A stretch of 39,366 bases of DNA from Eubacteriales bacterium. Lineage in GTDB: Bacteria; Bacillota; Clostridia; Oscillospirales; CAG-272. The stretch is from the NCBI GenBank assembly GCA_045661285.1, contig JAZRFI010000072.1, forward strand, positions 1 through 39,366, given 5' to 3'. Below, piece after piece: positions 1-8,784 of this stretch. Within the stretch, counting starts at the first letter, position 1, and every line of letters begins with the position of its first letter. Under the pieces are notes generated by a model that ran no database searches, was not told the origin of the DNA, and saw only the letters and a program-made list of their open reading frames with translations. Position numbers and translations under genes: made by a program.

Positions 1-1
1 A

Positions 2-820
2 TTGTACGGTTTCCCCGGCCGCATGGATCTGATCAAAGAAATTTGTGAGAAGCACGGCGCGCTTCTGGTTGAAGACGCGGCTGAAGCCATGGGCGCAACG
101 ATCCACGGCAAGCAGTGCGGCTCCTTTGGTGATTATTCCGCAGTCAGCTACAACGGCAATAAGATCATTACGGGCTCGGCCGGCGGATGCCTTCTGACGA
201 ATGATCCCGAGATGGCCAACAAGGCTCGCAAATGGTCTACCCAAGCCAGAGAAAACGCCCCCTGGTATCAGCATGAGGAGGTCGGCTACAACTACCGCAT
301 GAGCAACGTCGTGGCGGGCGTCGTTCGTGGGCAGTATCCGCATCTTTATGAGCATATCGCGCAAAAGAAGGCGATCTACGAGCGTTATTGTGAGGGCTTT
401 CGCGATCTGCCGGTCAAGATGAACCCCATCACGGAAGGAACCGAGCCGAACTATTGGCTCTCTTGCATGATCATTGACCGCGAATACATGTGCCGCCAGG
501 TGCGTGACGATTCGACGGCCCTTTACGTTAAGGAACCCCATAAGACCTGCCCCACCGAGATACTCGAAGCGCTTGCGGCCGCCAACGCCGAGGGGCGCCC
601 GATCTGGAAGCCGATGCATATGCAACCGATGTACCGCATGCACGAATTCATTACGAGAAGCGGCTCGGGGCGCGCCAAGACCAACGCCTATATCGCGGGC
701 GGTGTCAGTGATGTCGGCGCCGATATCTTTGAACGCGGCCTTTGCCTGCCGAGCGATAATAAAATGACGAAAGAAGAGCAAGATATCATTATTGAGATCG
801 TGAAGTCTTGCTTCCAATAA
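2..820 (+). CDS. DegT/DnrJ/EryC1/StrS-family PLP-dependent sugar aminotransferase, C-terminal 272 aa (5' end cut by window edge)
   Basis: The frame is open from the window start to TAA at 818-820. It contains the family's Lys-bearing segment YNGNKIITGSAGG and conserved stretches YNYRMSNVVAG and GRPIWKPMH typical of PglE/WecE-like sugar 4-aminotransferases. A sugar-phosphate transferase gene follows 22 nt downstream. Confidence 0.85.
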   Translation: MYGFPGRMDLIKEICEKHGALLVEDAAEAMGATIHGKQCGSFGDYSAVSYNGNKIITGSAGGCLLTNDPEMANKARKWSTQARENAPWYQHEEVGYNYRMSNVVAGVVRGQYPHLYEHIAQKKAIYERYCEGFRDLPVKMNPITEGTEPNYWLSCMIIDREYMCRQVRDDSTALYVKEPHKTCPTEILEALAAANAEGRPIWKPMHMQPMYRMHEFITRSGSGRAKTNAYIAGGVSDVGADIFERGLCLPSDNKMTKEEQDIIIEIVKSCFQ

Positions 821-842
821 TTGTTTTTGAGGATGATCCGTT

Positions 843-1538
843 ATGTACGCAAAGTTTTTTAAGAGAGCGATCGATCTTTTTTTGTCCTTGTTCGCCTTGA
901 TCGTTCTTTCCCCCGTTATTCTTGTACTCGCCGTGGTCGGCGCTATCGTCTTAAAGGGGAACCCCTTCTTTTTGCAACCCCGCCCCGGCAAAAAGGGAAA
1001 GGACGGGAAAGAGACCATCTTTCGCCTCGTCAAGCTTCGCACGATGGCGAATCTTTACGATGAAAACGGCCGTCTTTTACCCGACGAAGAACGCCTTGGA
1101 CGCTACGGCGCTTGGCTTCGCTCCACCTCGCTTGACGAGCTCCCCTCTCTGATCAACATCATTATCGGCGACCTGTCGTTGGTAGGGCCGCGCCCCCAGC
1201 TCGTAGAGGATATGCTGTTTATGACCGACGAGCAAAGAAGACGCCACGACGTCACGCCGGGGCTTACCGGCCTTGCGCAGGTCATGGGAAGAAACAACAT
1301 TACCTGGGAGCAAAAATTTGAATACGACCTCCAATATATCGACAAAGGGATCACCTTTTGGGGCGATCTTAAGATCTTTCTTATGACCTTCGGGAAGGTG
1401 CTGAAAAGAAGCGACGTCGTCCGTGAGGGAACCGTCAGCGATATGGATCTGGGACTTTGGCTGGTGGAGGAAGATAAGATCTCGAAGGAAGAATACCTCG
1501 CAAAGCGCGAAGAGGCCAAGGCACTTCTGAAACGCTAA
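843..1538 (+). CDS. Small monotopic phosphoglycosyl transferase (bacterial sugar transferase family, PglC/WbaP-C-terminal type); initiating enzyme of repeat-unit synthesis
   Basis: It has a single N-terminal hydrophobic helix (LFLSLFALIVLSPVILVLAVVGAIVL), then KLRTM and DELPSLINIIIGDLSLVGPRP motifs characteristic of Bac_transf proteins. ATG is preceded by GAGGATGA. About 35 extra C-terminal residues relative to a minimal PglC. Confidence 0.85.
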   Translation: MYAKFFKRAIDLFLSLFALIVLSPVILVLAVVGAIVLKGNPFFLQPRPGKKGKDGKETIFRLVKLRTMANLYDENGRLLPDEERLGRYGAWLRSTSLDELPSLINIIIGDLSLVGPRPQLVEDMLFMTDEQRRRHDVTPGLTGLAQVMGRNNITWEQKFEYDLQYIDKGITFWGDLKIFLMTFGKVLKRSDVVREGTVSDMDLGLWLVEEDKISKEEYLAKREEAKALLKR

Positions 1539-1557
1539 AACGAACAAGGGAGACAAT

Positions 1558-2322
1558 ATGAACGAGCTGGTATCCATCATCACGCCGTCCTACAACACGG
1601 CGAAGTTTATTGAGGAAACGATAAAGTCGGTTCTTTCGCAAACCTACACCGATTGGGAAATGCTGATCGTGGACGATTGCTCAACCGACAATACCGACGA
1701 GGTGGTTGCCCCCTATCTTTCCGACCCCCGCATCCGCTACTTGAAAAACGAAAAGAACAGCGGCGCGGCAGTATCCCGTAACTACGCTTTGCGCGAAGCC
1801 AAGGGAAAATGGATCGCCTTTTTGGACAGTGACGATCTGTGGACGCCCGATAAGCTTACGAAGCAGATCGAATTTATGAAAGGGAACGGCTACGCCTTCT
1901 CCTATACGAATTATATAGAGATCGGCGAAGACTCCGTACCCAACGGAAAAAGCGTAACCGGCCCCAAAAAAATCACAAAGCACGGTATGTATAACTATTG
2001 CTGGCCGGGGTGCTTGACGGTTATGTACGACGCCGAGACGGTGGGCCTTATACAGATCGAGGACATAAAGAAAAACAACGATTACGCCATGTGGCTGAAG
2101 GCCTGCAAAAAGGCCACCTGCTATCTTTTGAACGAAACGCTGGCAAGCTACCGAAAAAGAGGCGGCTCGATCAGCAACCACAGTTACCGTGCCCTTATCA
2201 AATGGCATTATCGTTTGTTTCGATTCGCAGAACACAAAAATGCTTTTATTTCAGCAATATTAACTGTACGCAATTTGTGTTGGGGACTATGGAAAAAAAT
2301 TAAGTACATTAGGGTACAATAA
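1558..2322 (+). CDS. Family 2 glycosyltransferase (GT-A fold)
   Basis: The N-terminus IITPSYNTAKFIEETIKSVLSQTYTDWEMLIVDDCSTDNT and the FLDSDDLW (DxD-type) motif are classic GT2 signatures. The last ~100 nt of the gene switch to AT-rich composition. Confidence 0.85.
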   Translation: MNELVSIITPSYNTAKFIEETIKSVLSQTYTDWEMLIVDDCSTDNTDEVVAPYLSDPRIRYLKNEKNSGAAVSRNYALREAKGKWIAFLDSDDLWTPDKLTKQIEFMKGNGYAFSYTNYIEIGEDSVPNGKSVTGPKKITKHGMYNYCWPGCLTVMYDAETVGLIQIEDIKKNNDYAMWLKACKKATCYLLNETLASYRKRGGSISNHSYRALIKWHYRLFRFAEHKNAFISAILTVRNLCWGLWKKIKYIRVQ

Positions 2323-2393
2323 TTAGAGAATCGCAGTCACAGGGATAGTTGTGTCGGCAACGCTTGATAGGTTTAGAGAGAAGGAGTGATATT

Positions 2394-3545
2394 ATGGGCG
2401 TTATGTGGCTAAAAAAGTTAGCCGTAATGGCTGAAAAACGTGGCGACAGCTTATTTAGCTATCCCATCAAAAAGCAAGAGAAGTATATTAAACATTTTCC
2501 CGAGCCCAAAGATGAATTTGAGCGAAGTTATTTTCAATATCGTTGCCAGATGAGGTTATATAAACCGTTTTTTCGTGCTATGCTGAATTTGGCAGCATTA
2601 CCGTTGTCTGTTATTTATTTAGCAAAATACAAACGCAATCGCACTGTATCGTCGGATAGTCACAAATGTATATTCATTAAAAACGGTTTGCCGGAAAACA
2701 TCATTCCGCCTTCGTTTAGACGGGGAGAGACCGAAATTGCATCGGTTGAACTGACCGAAAATATACTCACCAAAAACGACGTGGCCTTTTTGCGCGCAAT
2801 CTTTAAGCGGTATCCATTCTCGTGGATGTTGTGGTTTAAAACAATAATCAAATTATCGCAGTATAGCGCTGTGATATCGAAACATTCTCCCGATGTATTG
2901 ATTTCTTGTGATGAGTTTTCTTTTACCTCGTCTATTATGACAAAATACTGTCGTTTGAATGGGATAAGACGTATCAATGTCATGCACGGTGAAAAGCTGT
3001 ATTTTATGCGAGATTCGTTTGTGGATTATGACGAGTATTATGTATGGGATCAATACTATGTTGATTTGTTGACTGATTTGAGAGCAAAAAAAGAGCAGTT
3101 CCGTGTAGAATTACCCGAATCTATGCAAATAACCAAGCCGGATGATATATGTGTCAAGTATGACTACACATATTACTTGGCTGACGAAAGCCGAGAAACA
3201 TTGCAATTTATTTCAAATACGATGAAAACCTTGCATAACAAGGGGAAACGCATATCCGTTCGTCCTCATCCGAGGTATTCTGATATGAAGCTTGTTAACG
3301 AAATGTTTAAGTTTGCCAACATAGAAGATTATAAATCTGTAACGATTGAGCAATCGCTGTTGCAAACCGGTGTAGCTATATCTCTGTTTTCGACTGTACT
3401 GAATCAAGCCGTAAGCAATTCGATTCCGATCGTGATAGATGATATTAGCAATCGAGAGCATTTTGAAAAATTAGAAGAACTGAAATACATCGTTCTAAAC
3501 AAAGAGCATAAATTGTTATCCAAAGTTATGGGAGAAACAGAATGA
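2394..3545 (+). CDS. Uncharacterised 383-aa protein; candidate GT-B-like transferase (possible nonulosonate/sialyl-transferase). The function is a hypothesis.
   Basis: Long ORF. I prefer ATG 2394 (AAGGAG at 2381-2386, 7-nt spacer) over the upstream TTG 2349. There is one hydrophobic segment (FFRAMLNLAALPLSVIYLA). An RISVRPHPRYS 'HP' motif, followed about 45 aa later by LFSTVLNQA, is reminiscent of the HP / S-S(T) motifs of bacterial sialyltransferases. I recognise no confident family match by eye. Its stop overlaps the next gene's start (ATGA). Confidence 0.5.
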   Translation: MGVMWLKKLAVMAEKRGDSLFSYPIKKQEKYIKHFPEPKDEFERSYFQYRCQMRLYKPFFRAMLNLAALPLSVIYLAKYKRNRTVSSDSHKCIFIKNGLPENIIPPSFRRGETEIASVELTENILTKNDVAFLRAIFKRYPFSWMLWFKTIIKLSQYSAVISKHSPDVLISCDEFSFTSSIMTKYCRLNGIRRINVMHGEKLYFMRDSFVDYDEYYVWDQYYVDLLTDLRAKKEQFRVELPESMQITKPDDICVKYDYTYYLADESRETLQFISNTMKTLHNKGKRISVRPHPRYSDMKLVNEMFKFANIEDYKSVTIEQSLLQTGVAISLFSTVLNQAVSNSIPIVIDDISNREHFEKLEELKYIVLNKEHKLLSKVMGETE

Positions 3546-4042
3546 TAGGAAATTTAATAAGAAATATCCGCCGCAAGTTCTTTTCCTGTGTATGCAAAAG
3601 AAAAGCAAAGCATGTGGGAAAAAGCATCCATATTAATCGTTGGTGCAAGTTTTCGAAAAATACCACGATCGGGAACAATTGTCACTTTAATGGAATGAAA
3701 ATCACCGGAAAAGGGAACGTAACCATTGGTGACAATTTCCATTCCGGTGAAGGGATTCTCATATTGACCTCCAACCATAATTACGACTACGGCAAGTCTA
3801 TCCCTTATGATGACACTACAATAGATGGCGACGTTGTTATTGAGGATAATGTATGGTTAGGACAAAACGTTACGATCTTGCAAGGCGTAAAAATAGGTGA
3901 AGGTGCCATCATTCAAGCGGGGAGCGTGGTTGTTTCCGATATACCGGCTTGCTGCATAGCAGGTGGACATCCCGCGCGAGTTTTCAAAAAAAGAGATGAG
4001 GAGCACTATTATCGACTAAAAAATGAAAATTCGTTCTTTTAA
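3542..4042 (+). CDS. Hexapeptide-repeat (left-handed beta-helix) acetyltransferase, maltose/sialate O-acetyltransferase-like
   Basis: Imperfect hexapeptide repeats are visible: IGNNCHFNG, VTIGDNFHSGEG, VVIEDNVWLGQNVTILQGVKIGEGAIIQAGSVVVSDIPACCIAGGHPARV. The ATG overlaps the upstream stop (ATGA at 3542-3545). Confidence 0.8.
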   Translation: MIGNLIRNIRRKFFSCVCKRKAKHVGKSIHINRWCKFSKNTTIGNNCHFNGMKITGKGNVTIGDNFHSGEGILILTSNHNYDYGKSIPYDDTTIDGDVVIEDNVWLGQNVTILQGVKIGEGAIIQAGSVVVSDIPACCIAGGHPARVFKKRDEEHYYRLKNENSFF

Positions 4043-4072
4043 TGCATCTTTTGAAAAAGAGGGGTAATTGGT

Positions 4073-5212
4073 GTGGAGAAAAAAAACGAATCGAGAATAG
4101 CATCAGTTATATATATACTGTTTTCCATATTATTTATTGGAGGACGAATTGTATATATTCCGCCGTTGCTGTGCAATTTCTTAACTGCTTTATCAGGACT
4201 GATTGCGTTTGGTTATTGTTTTCTCAAAAAGAGATTGAATAGGATCCATTTGTATCTTTTACTGGTGGGCACTATATTTACGATATGGATGCTCCTCTCC
4301 ATAGTTTATAATGGCAACGCGGATATTTTGGATGTTCTATGGATCTGGAGCTACATGGGTATTGCAGCACTTATATATGAATTTGATATCTCGCCGATAA
4401 CGTTCTGGGGTGTTGCGTACATTTTGCTGTTGTTTATCCTGGTGTTTATGCTTCTGGGAAATGCAGCCAACGAGTTGTTGAAAATGGGAAGCGAGAACAA
4501 TATATCTGCATTTATAATTTTCTTTGTTCTTCTTGGATATTTGTCCGAAAAGAACAAAGAAAATAAAACGATGAGATATCTTCCGGCCTTTCTTACCTTG
4601 GCAATTTCTTTGTGGACAGGTAGTAGGGCGGGAATTTTGTCTGCTATTATTCTTGTTGGGTGTGTATTTGCAAACAATTTTTTTGCTGCAAAAAAAGGAA
4701 AACTCCGTATACTTTTCACAATGTGCCTTTTGCTTTTTGCGGGAATGTGGGCGGTTAATCACTTTTTTTCCGACTACATGGCTCAATTTTTCGAAAAAAT
4801 GGACCGCTATGGATATACGTCTGTCAGAACAGAGATTTGGGTTGAGTATATAAAGGGTATGTTCGCTAATTTTAGCAATTTCCTGCTCGGCGTAAATATG
4901 TCAGGCTCTAACTATCCTTTATTAAATTTCTATGGCAAAAATCCGCACAATTCGTTCCTTATGTTCCACGCTAAATATGGTATTTTGGGTGTGTTGACGG
5001 GTTGCGTATTTATGATTAAATCCATGTGGAGAACAATACAGCATAAAAATGTATTGCTTATTATTGTAACCTTGGTGGCAAGCGCAAGAATGTTTTTTGA
5101 CTGGATCGCTTTTCCCGGATTATATGATGTGTTTTTTTGGTTGCTTGTAATTTACGCTATTGATAGAGGGGACGTTTCATCGAAAATCGAAGAATGCAAT
5201 GAAGCAAAGTAA
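4073..5212 (+). CDS. wzy: Wzy-type repeat-unit polymerase / O-antigen-ligase-family membrane protein
   Basis: Polytopic hydrophobic protein. It carries the LWTGSRAGILSAIILVG and NPHNSFLMFHAKYGILG motifs typical of the Wzy_C/O-antigen ligase domain. GTG start 4073 sits 8 nt after AGAGGGG. Confidence 0.75.
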   Translation: MEKKNESRIASVIYILFSILFIGGRIVYIPPLLCNFLTALSGLIAFGYCFLKKRLNRIHLYLLLVGTIFTIWMLLSIVYNGNADILDVLWIWSYMGIAALIYEFDISPITFWGVAYILLLFILVFMLLGNAANELLKMGSENNISAFIIFFVLLGYLSEKNKENKTMRYLPAFLTLAISLWTGSRAGILSAIILVGCVFANNFFAAKKGKLRILFTMCLLLFAGMWAVNHFFSDYMAQFFEKMDRYGYTSVRTEIWVEYIKGMFANFSNFLLGVNMSGSNYPLLNFYGKNPHNSFLMFHAKYGILGVLTGCVFMIKSMWRTIQHKNVLLIIVTLVASARMFFDWIAFPGLYDVFFWLLVIYAIDRGDVSSKIEECNEAK

Positions 5213-6602
5213 TTCATTTATAAAAATCGGCCTTATATACACCATAAGCAATGTCATCATAAAAGGGATGGCATTTTTAACCACACCCATTTTTACCAGA
5301 CTGATGAGTCAAGCAGAAATTGGTGGCTTCAGCAACATTTCTTCTTGGGCGAATATCATTTCTATCATTGCGGCGCTGTCATTGGGATCATCTATCAGTC
5401 GAGCAAAATATGATTACGATGAAAGTATTGATGAATACATTGCATCAATTACGATTATTGGAAGTTTTTTTGCGCTCGTTTTGTGGGGAGTGGTAGAACT
5501 AAACATTCATCATTTCGAAAACTTTTTTGGAATGAACAGCCTGTACATTCGCAGCATTATGTTATATTCTGTTTTTTCGCCCTGTGTACAGTCTTTGCTC
5601 ACAAAGTACCGCATGTATAACGATTACAAGAAAGTAATCCTTTTGACTTGGATTACTTTGCTGGTCACAACCGTGGCATCTTTGGGAATGACGATTTTGA
5701 TGGAGAACAAATTGACCGGGCGTGTTATTGGAACATATGCCGTCGTCGCGATTGTCGATATCGCTATATGGCTGTATGCGATTTGGAAAGGAAAGCATAT
5801 AACGTTTAAATATTTAAAATATGCTTTTGCTTTGTCGTTGCCCCTATTGGTACACGAGTTAGCAGGTGTGTTGTTGAATTCATCCGGTAAAATTATCATC
5901 AACCGCCTTTGTGGAGAAAACGACGGTGCGTTGTTTTCAATCGCATACACGATTGCTATGCTCATCACCATGCTGATGTCCTCTGTAAACCAGGCGTGGG
6001 TTCCTTGGTTTTTTGATAAACTGGCCACGAACGATACACATAGCGTAAAAAAAATTGTCCCTTCGTATACAGCTGTGTTTACGCTCGGCTGTATAGCGGT
6101 AATGCTGATAGGGCCGGAAATGGTGTTAATTTTTGGCGGAAGCTCATATATGCCGGCGATTCGTGCAATCCCGCCCATTTGCTTTTCCGTATCCTTGCAA
6201 TTTGTTTATACCCTTTATGTCAATGTGGAATTCTATTTAAAGAAAACAAAATATATTTCTTTTGCAACCGTAGGAGCTACGATTATAAACATCGGGGCAA
6301 ACTATCTCTTGATTCCGCGTTTTGGATATATAGCGGCAGCTTATGCTTCGATTATCGGATTTGCTTTTATGATGGTATTCCATTATTTGGTTTGCAGAAA
6401 AACAGCCTATAGCAAGCTTTTCGATGTTAAGATATTGCTACTAAACATAGCGATTTGTTTCATAGCGATGATATTGGTTTTACTTCTGTACAAAAGCAAT
6501 TTTGTAAGACTGATCGTTATGGGTGTTCTCTTTGCCGTTGTTTCAATCCTGGCTTTTATAAACAGAAAGAAACTGAAAACGATAATAAAAGGGGATCTAT
6601 AA
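5199..6602 (+). CDS. wzx: Wzx-type oligosaccharide flippase (MOP/polysaccharide biosynthesis protein family)
   Basis: About 12 predicted hydrophobic helices. The N-terminus KIGLIYTISNVIIKGMAFLTTPIFTRLMSQAEIGGF is typical of Wzx/RfbX flippases. The start is ambiguous: I chose ATG 5199, while the ORF track uses TTG 5160. Either overlaps the wzy 3' end. Confidence 0.75.
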   Translation: MKQSNSFIKIGLIYTISNVIIKGMAFLTTPIFTRLMSQAEIGGFSNISSWANIISIIAALSLGSSISRAKYDYDESIDEYIASITIIGSFFALVLWGVVELNIHHFENFFGMNSLYIRSIMLYSVFSPCVQSLLTKYRMYNDYKKVILLTWITLLVTTVASLGMTILMENKLTGRVIGTYAVVAIVDIAIWLYAIWKGKHITFKYLKYAFALSLPLLVHELAGVLLNSSGKIIINRLCGENDGALFSIAYTIAMLITMLMSSVNQAWVPWFFDKLATNDTHSVKKIVPSYTAVFTLGCIAVMLIGPEMVLIFGGSSYMPAIRAIPPICFSVSLQFVYTLYVNVEFYLKKTKYISFATVGATIINIGANYLLIPRFGYIAAAYASIIGFAFMMVFHYLVCRKTAYSKLFDVKILLLNIAICFIAMILVLLLYKSNFVRLIVMGVLFAVVSILAFINRKKLKTIIKGDL

Positions 6603-6632
6603 TTCAATATCATTTGCTTAAAAGGAGGAAAA

Positions 6633-7694
6633 ATGTTTAGACAAGAAATAGGAGGAGATTTCCACCTATGTAACGAACCTATTGATTGCAACGATAGCGT
6701 TTCGAACAACATATTCAAATATCTAAATGATTTTTCCGCGATATATTTTGATAGCGGCCGCAGTGCGTTAAGGTCATTGTTAAAGCATATCAAGCACAAA
6801 AGAATACTCCTGCCGGGATATATTTGCGAATCGGTTCGCAAATGTTTCCCTGCTGAAAGCGTTGTTCAGTATTATCGTATAACCGAAGATATAAAAATTG
6901 ATTGGAATGATTTGCTAAATAAGGCCCAGAATGGCGTAGATATCGTTTATCTTAATTTTTTCAACGGTTATATTGGATTTGATTATGATTTCGATGCACT
7001 GCTCCAACTGAAACAGCAGTACGGTTTTACAATTATCGAGGATACAACGCATAGTTTGTTTAGTTGCGTTCATACCGTTGGGGATTATTGCATTTGCAGC
7101 TTGAGAAAGTGGTTTCCCATAGCGGACGGCGGCGTTTTGTACTCAAAAAACAAAATTGAAGCAGAGTTACCGGATGTGTCTGTGTGGACAAATCAAAAAA
7201 GGGATGCAATGATTGAAAAGGCGAAATACTTGCAAGGGGAATGCGATGACAAAGAACATTTCCTTGATGTATTTGCCCATACGGAGCACAGCTTAGATAG
7301 TCAAGAACAATCATGCGCGATCTCGCATGAATCTTTAGAGGCTTTAAAACGTTTTGATTGCGAGTTTGTCATGAATGCTCGCAAACAGAATTTCAATTAC
7401 CTGAAGGAAAGAATCAAATGTGAAATTGTTGCAGCGGGAGACGAGAAACAGATTCCCATTTTCTTCACAATTCGTTGTGATAATCGAAATGATTTAAGAC
7501 AACATTTTATTCGTAAAAACATATATTGCCCCATTCATTGGCCACTATACGATGAATTGCAAGCGTTATGCGAAGCGAAAAGCATCTACAACACTGAATT
7601 ATCCATTCCTATTGATCAGCGATATGGAGAAAAAGAGATGGAGTATATATGTAAGGCATATTATGACTTCATGGATAGGAGAGGAAAAGCGTGA
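6633..7694 (+). CDS. Divergent DegT-like / fold-type-I PLP-dependent enzyme (aminotransferase-like); function unknown
   Basis: The layout SGRSALRSLL...ILLPGYICESV...IIEDTTHSLFS...CSLRKWFPIADGGVLY matches the DegT family (small N-terminal helix, ED-x-x-H/A-S, then an S-x-x-K lysine). It is clearly divergent from the canonical member at 2-820. Strong RBS AAAGGAGG 5 nt upstream. Confidence 0.5.
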   Translation: MFRQEIGGDFHLCNEPIDCNDSVSNNIFKYLNDFSAIYFDSGRSALRSLLKHIKHKRILLPGYICESVRKCFPAESVVQYYRITEDIKIDWNDLLNKAQNGVDIVYLNFFNGYIGFDYDFDALLQLKQQYGFTIIEDTTHSLFSCVHTVGDYCICSLRKWFPIADGGVLYSKNKIEAELPDVSVWTNQKRDAMIEKAKYLQGECDDKEHFLDVFAHTEHSLDSQEQSCAISHESLEALKRFDCEFVMNARKQNFNYLKERIKCEIVAAGDEKQIPIFFTIRCDNRNDLRQHFIRKNIYCPIHWPLYDELQALCEAKSIYNTELSIPIDQRYGEKEMEYICKAYYDFMDRRGKA

Positions 7695-8758
7695 TAGAGT
7701 TAATTAAATACAACGAAGCAGAAAAATGGAACGAAACAGTAAAGTCATTCGAGAACTCGGATGTTTATTATACGTGCGAATATGCCGTTTCATTTATGGA
7801 AAATGAGGACGGAACCCCTTATTTGCTATCATATGACGGCGGTGATTGCCGATTGTGCTATCCTATTATCGAAAAGGATATTTCGGATTTTTCAAAATTC
7901 AAAAATGTTTTGGAAAAGGGAAAATATTTCGATTGGAATACCCCCTACGGCTACGGTGGACCTTTAACAGATGATATTTTCTTATCCCAAGAGCAGCAAG
8001 ATGCCTTTCAAAAAGAGCTGTATGAGGTGACCCAAGAGCGTGGGGTTGTAAGCCAATTTTTAAGATTTCACCCCTTGCTGCAGAATCAGCAGGTTTGCAA
8101 TACTGCTATCGAAAACGTATATATCAAGGATACGATATATATAAACTTGGAAACCGAGGATGATTTGTTGATTCAAATGGATTCCAAAAACAGGAATCTG
8201 ATCCGTAAAGCACAAAAAAGCGGTATTGTTATAGAACATGACAAAGGGACTCGCATTGACGATTTTATGAGGATTTATGAAACCACCATGGATCGCGATA
8301 ATGCTACGCAGTTCTATTATTTTCCCAAGTCGTATTATGAATATATGCAGACGCATATGTCAGATGAAGTTGAATATTTTTATGCATTAAAGGATGGCCA
8401 GATGGTGGCTGCATCCATATTCTTTTACAGCAACAAAAGTATGCATTATCATTTGTCTGCCAATCTTATGGAATACCGCACATACGCCCCCACAAACCTT
8501 ATTTTATATACAGCGGCAAATTGGGGCCGTGAAAATGGAATGAAAAAATTGCATCTTGGCGGCGGTGTTGGCGTTGAGGATAGCTTATTCCATTTCAAAA
8601 AGCAATTTAATAAGAATGGAAGAATTGCTTTTTACATCGGGCGTAACATTTTCGATCAGGCAAAATACGATGATTTATTGAAAATCAGAAAAGAGACCTG
8701 TCGCGATTTTGATATGAATAACACATATTATATTCAGTATCGAAATCCAAACAGTTAA
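7691..8758 (+). CDS. FemAB-like / Acetyltransf_6 (GNAT-fold) acyl- or aminoacyl-transferase
   Basis: It shows WNTPYGYGGP, MDSKNRNLIRKAQKSGIVIE and FFYSNKSMHYHLSA...LHLGGG...LFHFKKQF segments, as in FemAB-family/BioF2-like GNAT proteins. The GTG start overlaps the upstream TGA (GTGA at 7691-7694). Confidence 0.65.
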   Translation: MIELIKYNEAEKWNETVKSFENSDVYYTCEYAVSFMENEDGTPYLLSYDGGDCRLCYPIIEKDISDFSKFKNVLEKGKYFDWNTPYGYGGPLTDDIFLSQEQQDAFQKELYEVTQERGVVSQFLRFHPLLQNQQVCNTAIENVYIKDTIYINLETEDDLLIQMDSKNRNLIRKAQKSGIVIEHDKGTRIDDFMRIYETTMDRDNATQFYYFPKSYYEYMQTHMSDEVEYFYALKDGQMVAASIFFYSNKSMHYHLSANLMEYRTYAPTNLILYTAANWGRENGMKKLHLGGGVGVEDSLFHFKKQFNKNGRIAFYIGRNIFDQAKYDDLLKIRKETCRDFDMNNTYYIQYRNPNS

Positions 8759-8784
8759 TCTATCAAGGAAAGGAGGGAGTTCGC

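Noticed and set aside
4079-4086. A8 homopolymer at codons 3-5 of wzy, considered as a possible slipped-strand phase-variation switch. Other A8 runs occur at 9324-9331, 10500-10507 and 11647-11654.
   Set aside because: Eight-nucleotide A/T runs are frequent throughout this AT-rich cassette, and they are shorter than tracts usually shown to phase-vary. There is no evidence of variation from a single sequence.
4042-4242. 66-aa ORF overlapping the wzy 5' end. Other 60-100-aa ORFs are nested in the cassette genes.
   Set aside because: They are out of frame with, and nested in, well-supported longer genes. None has an RBS.
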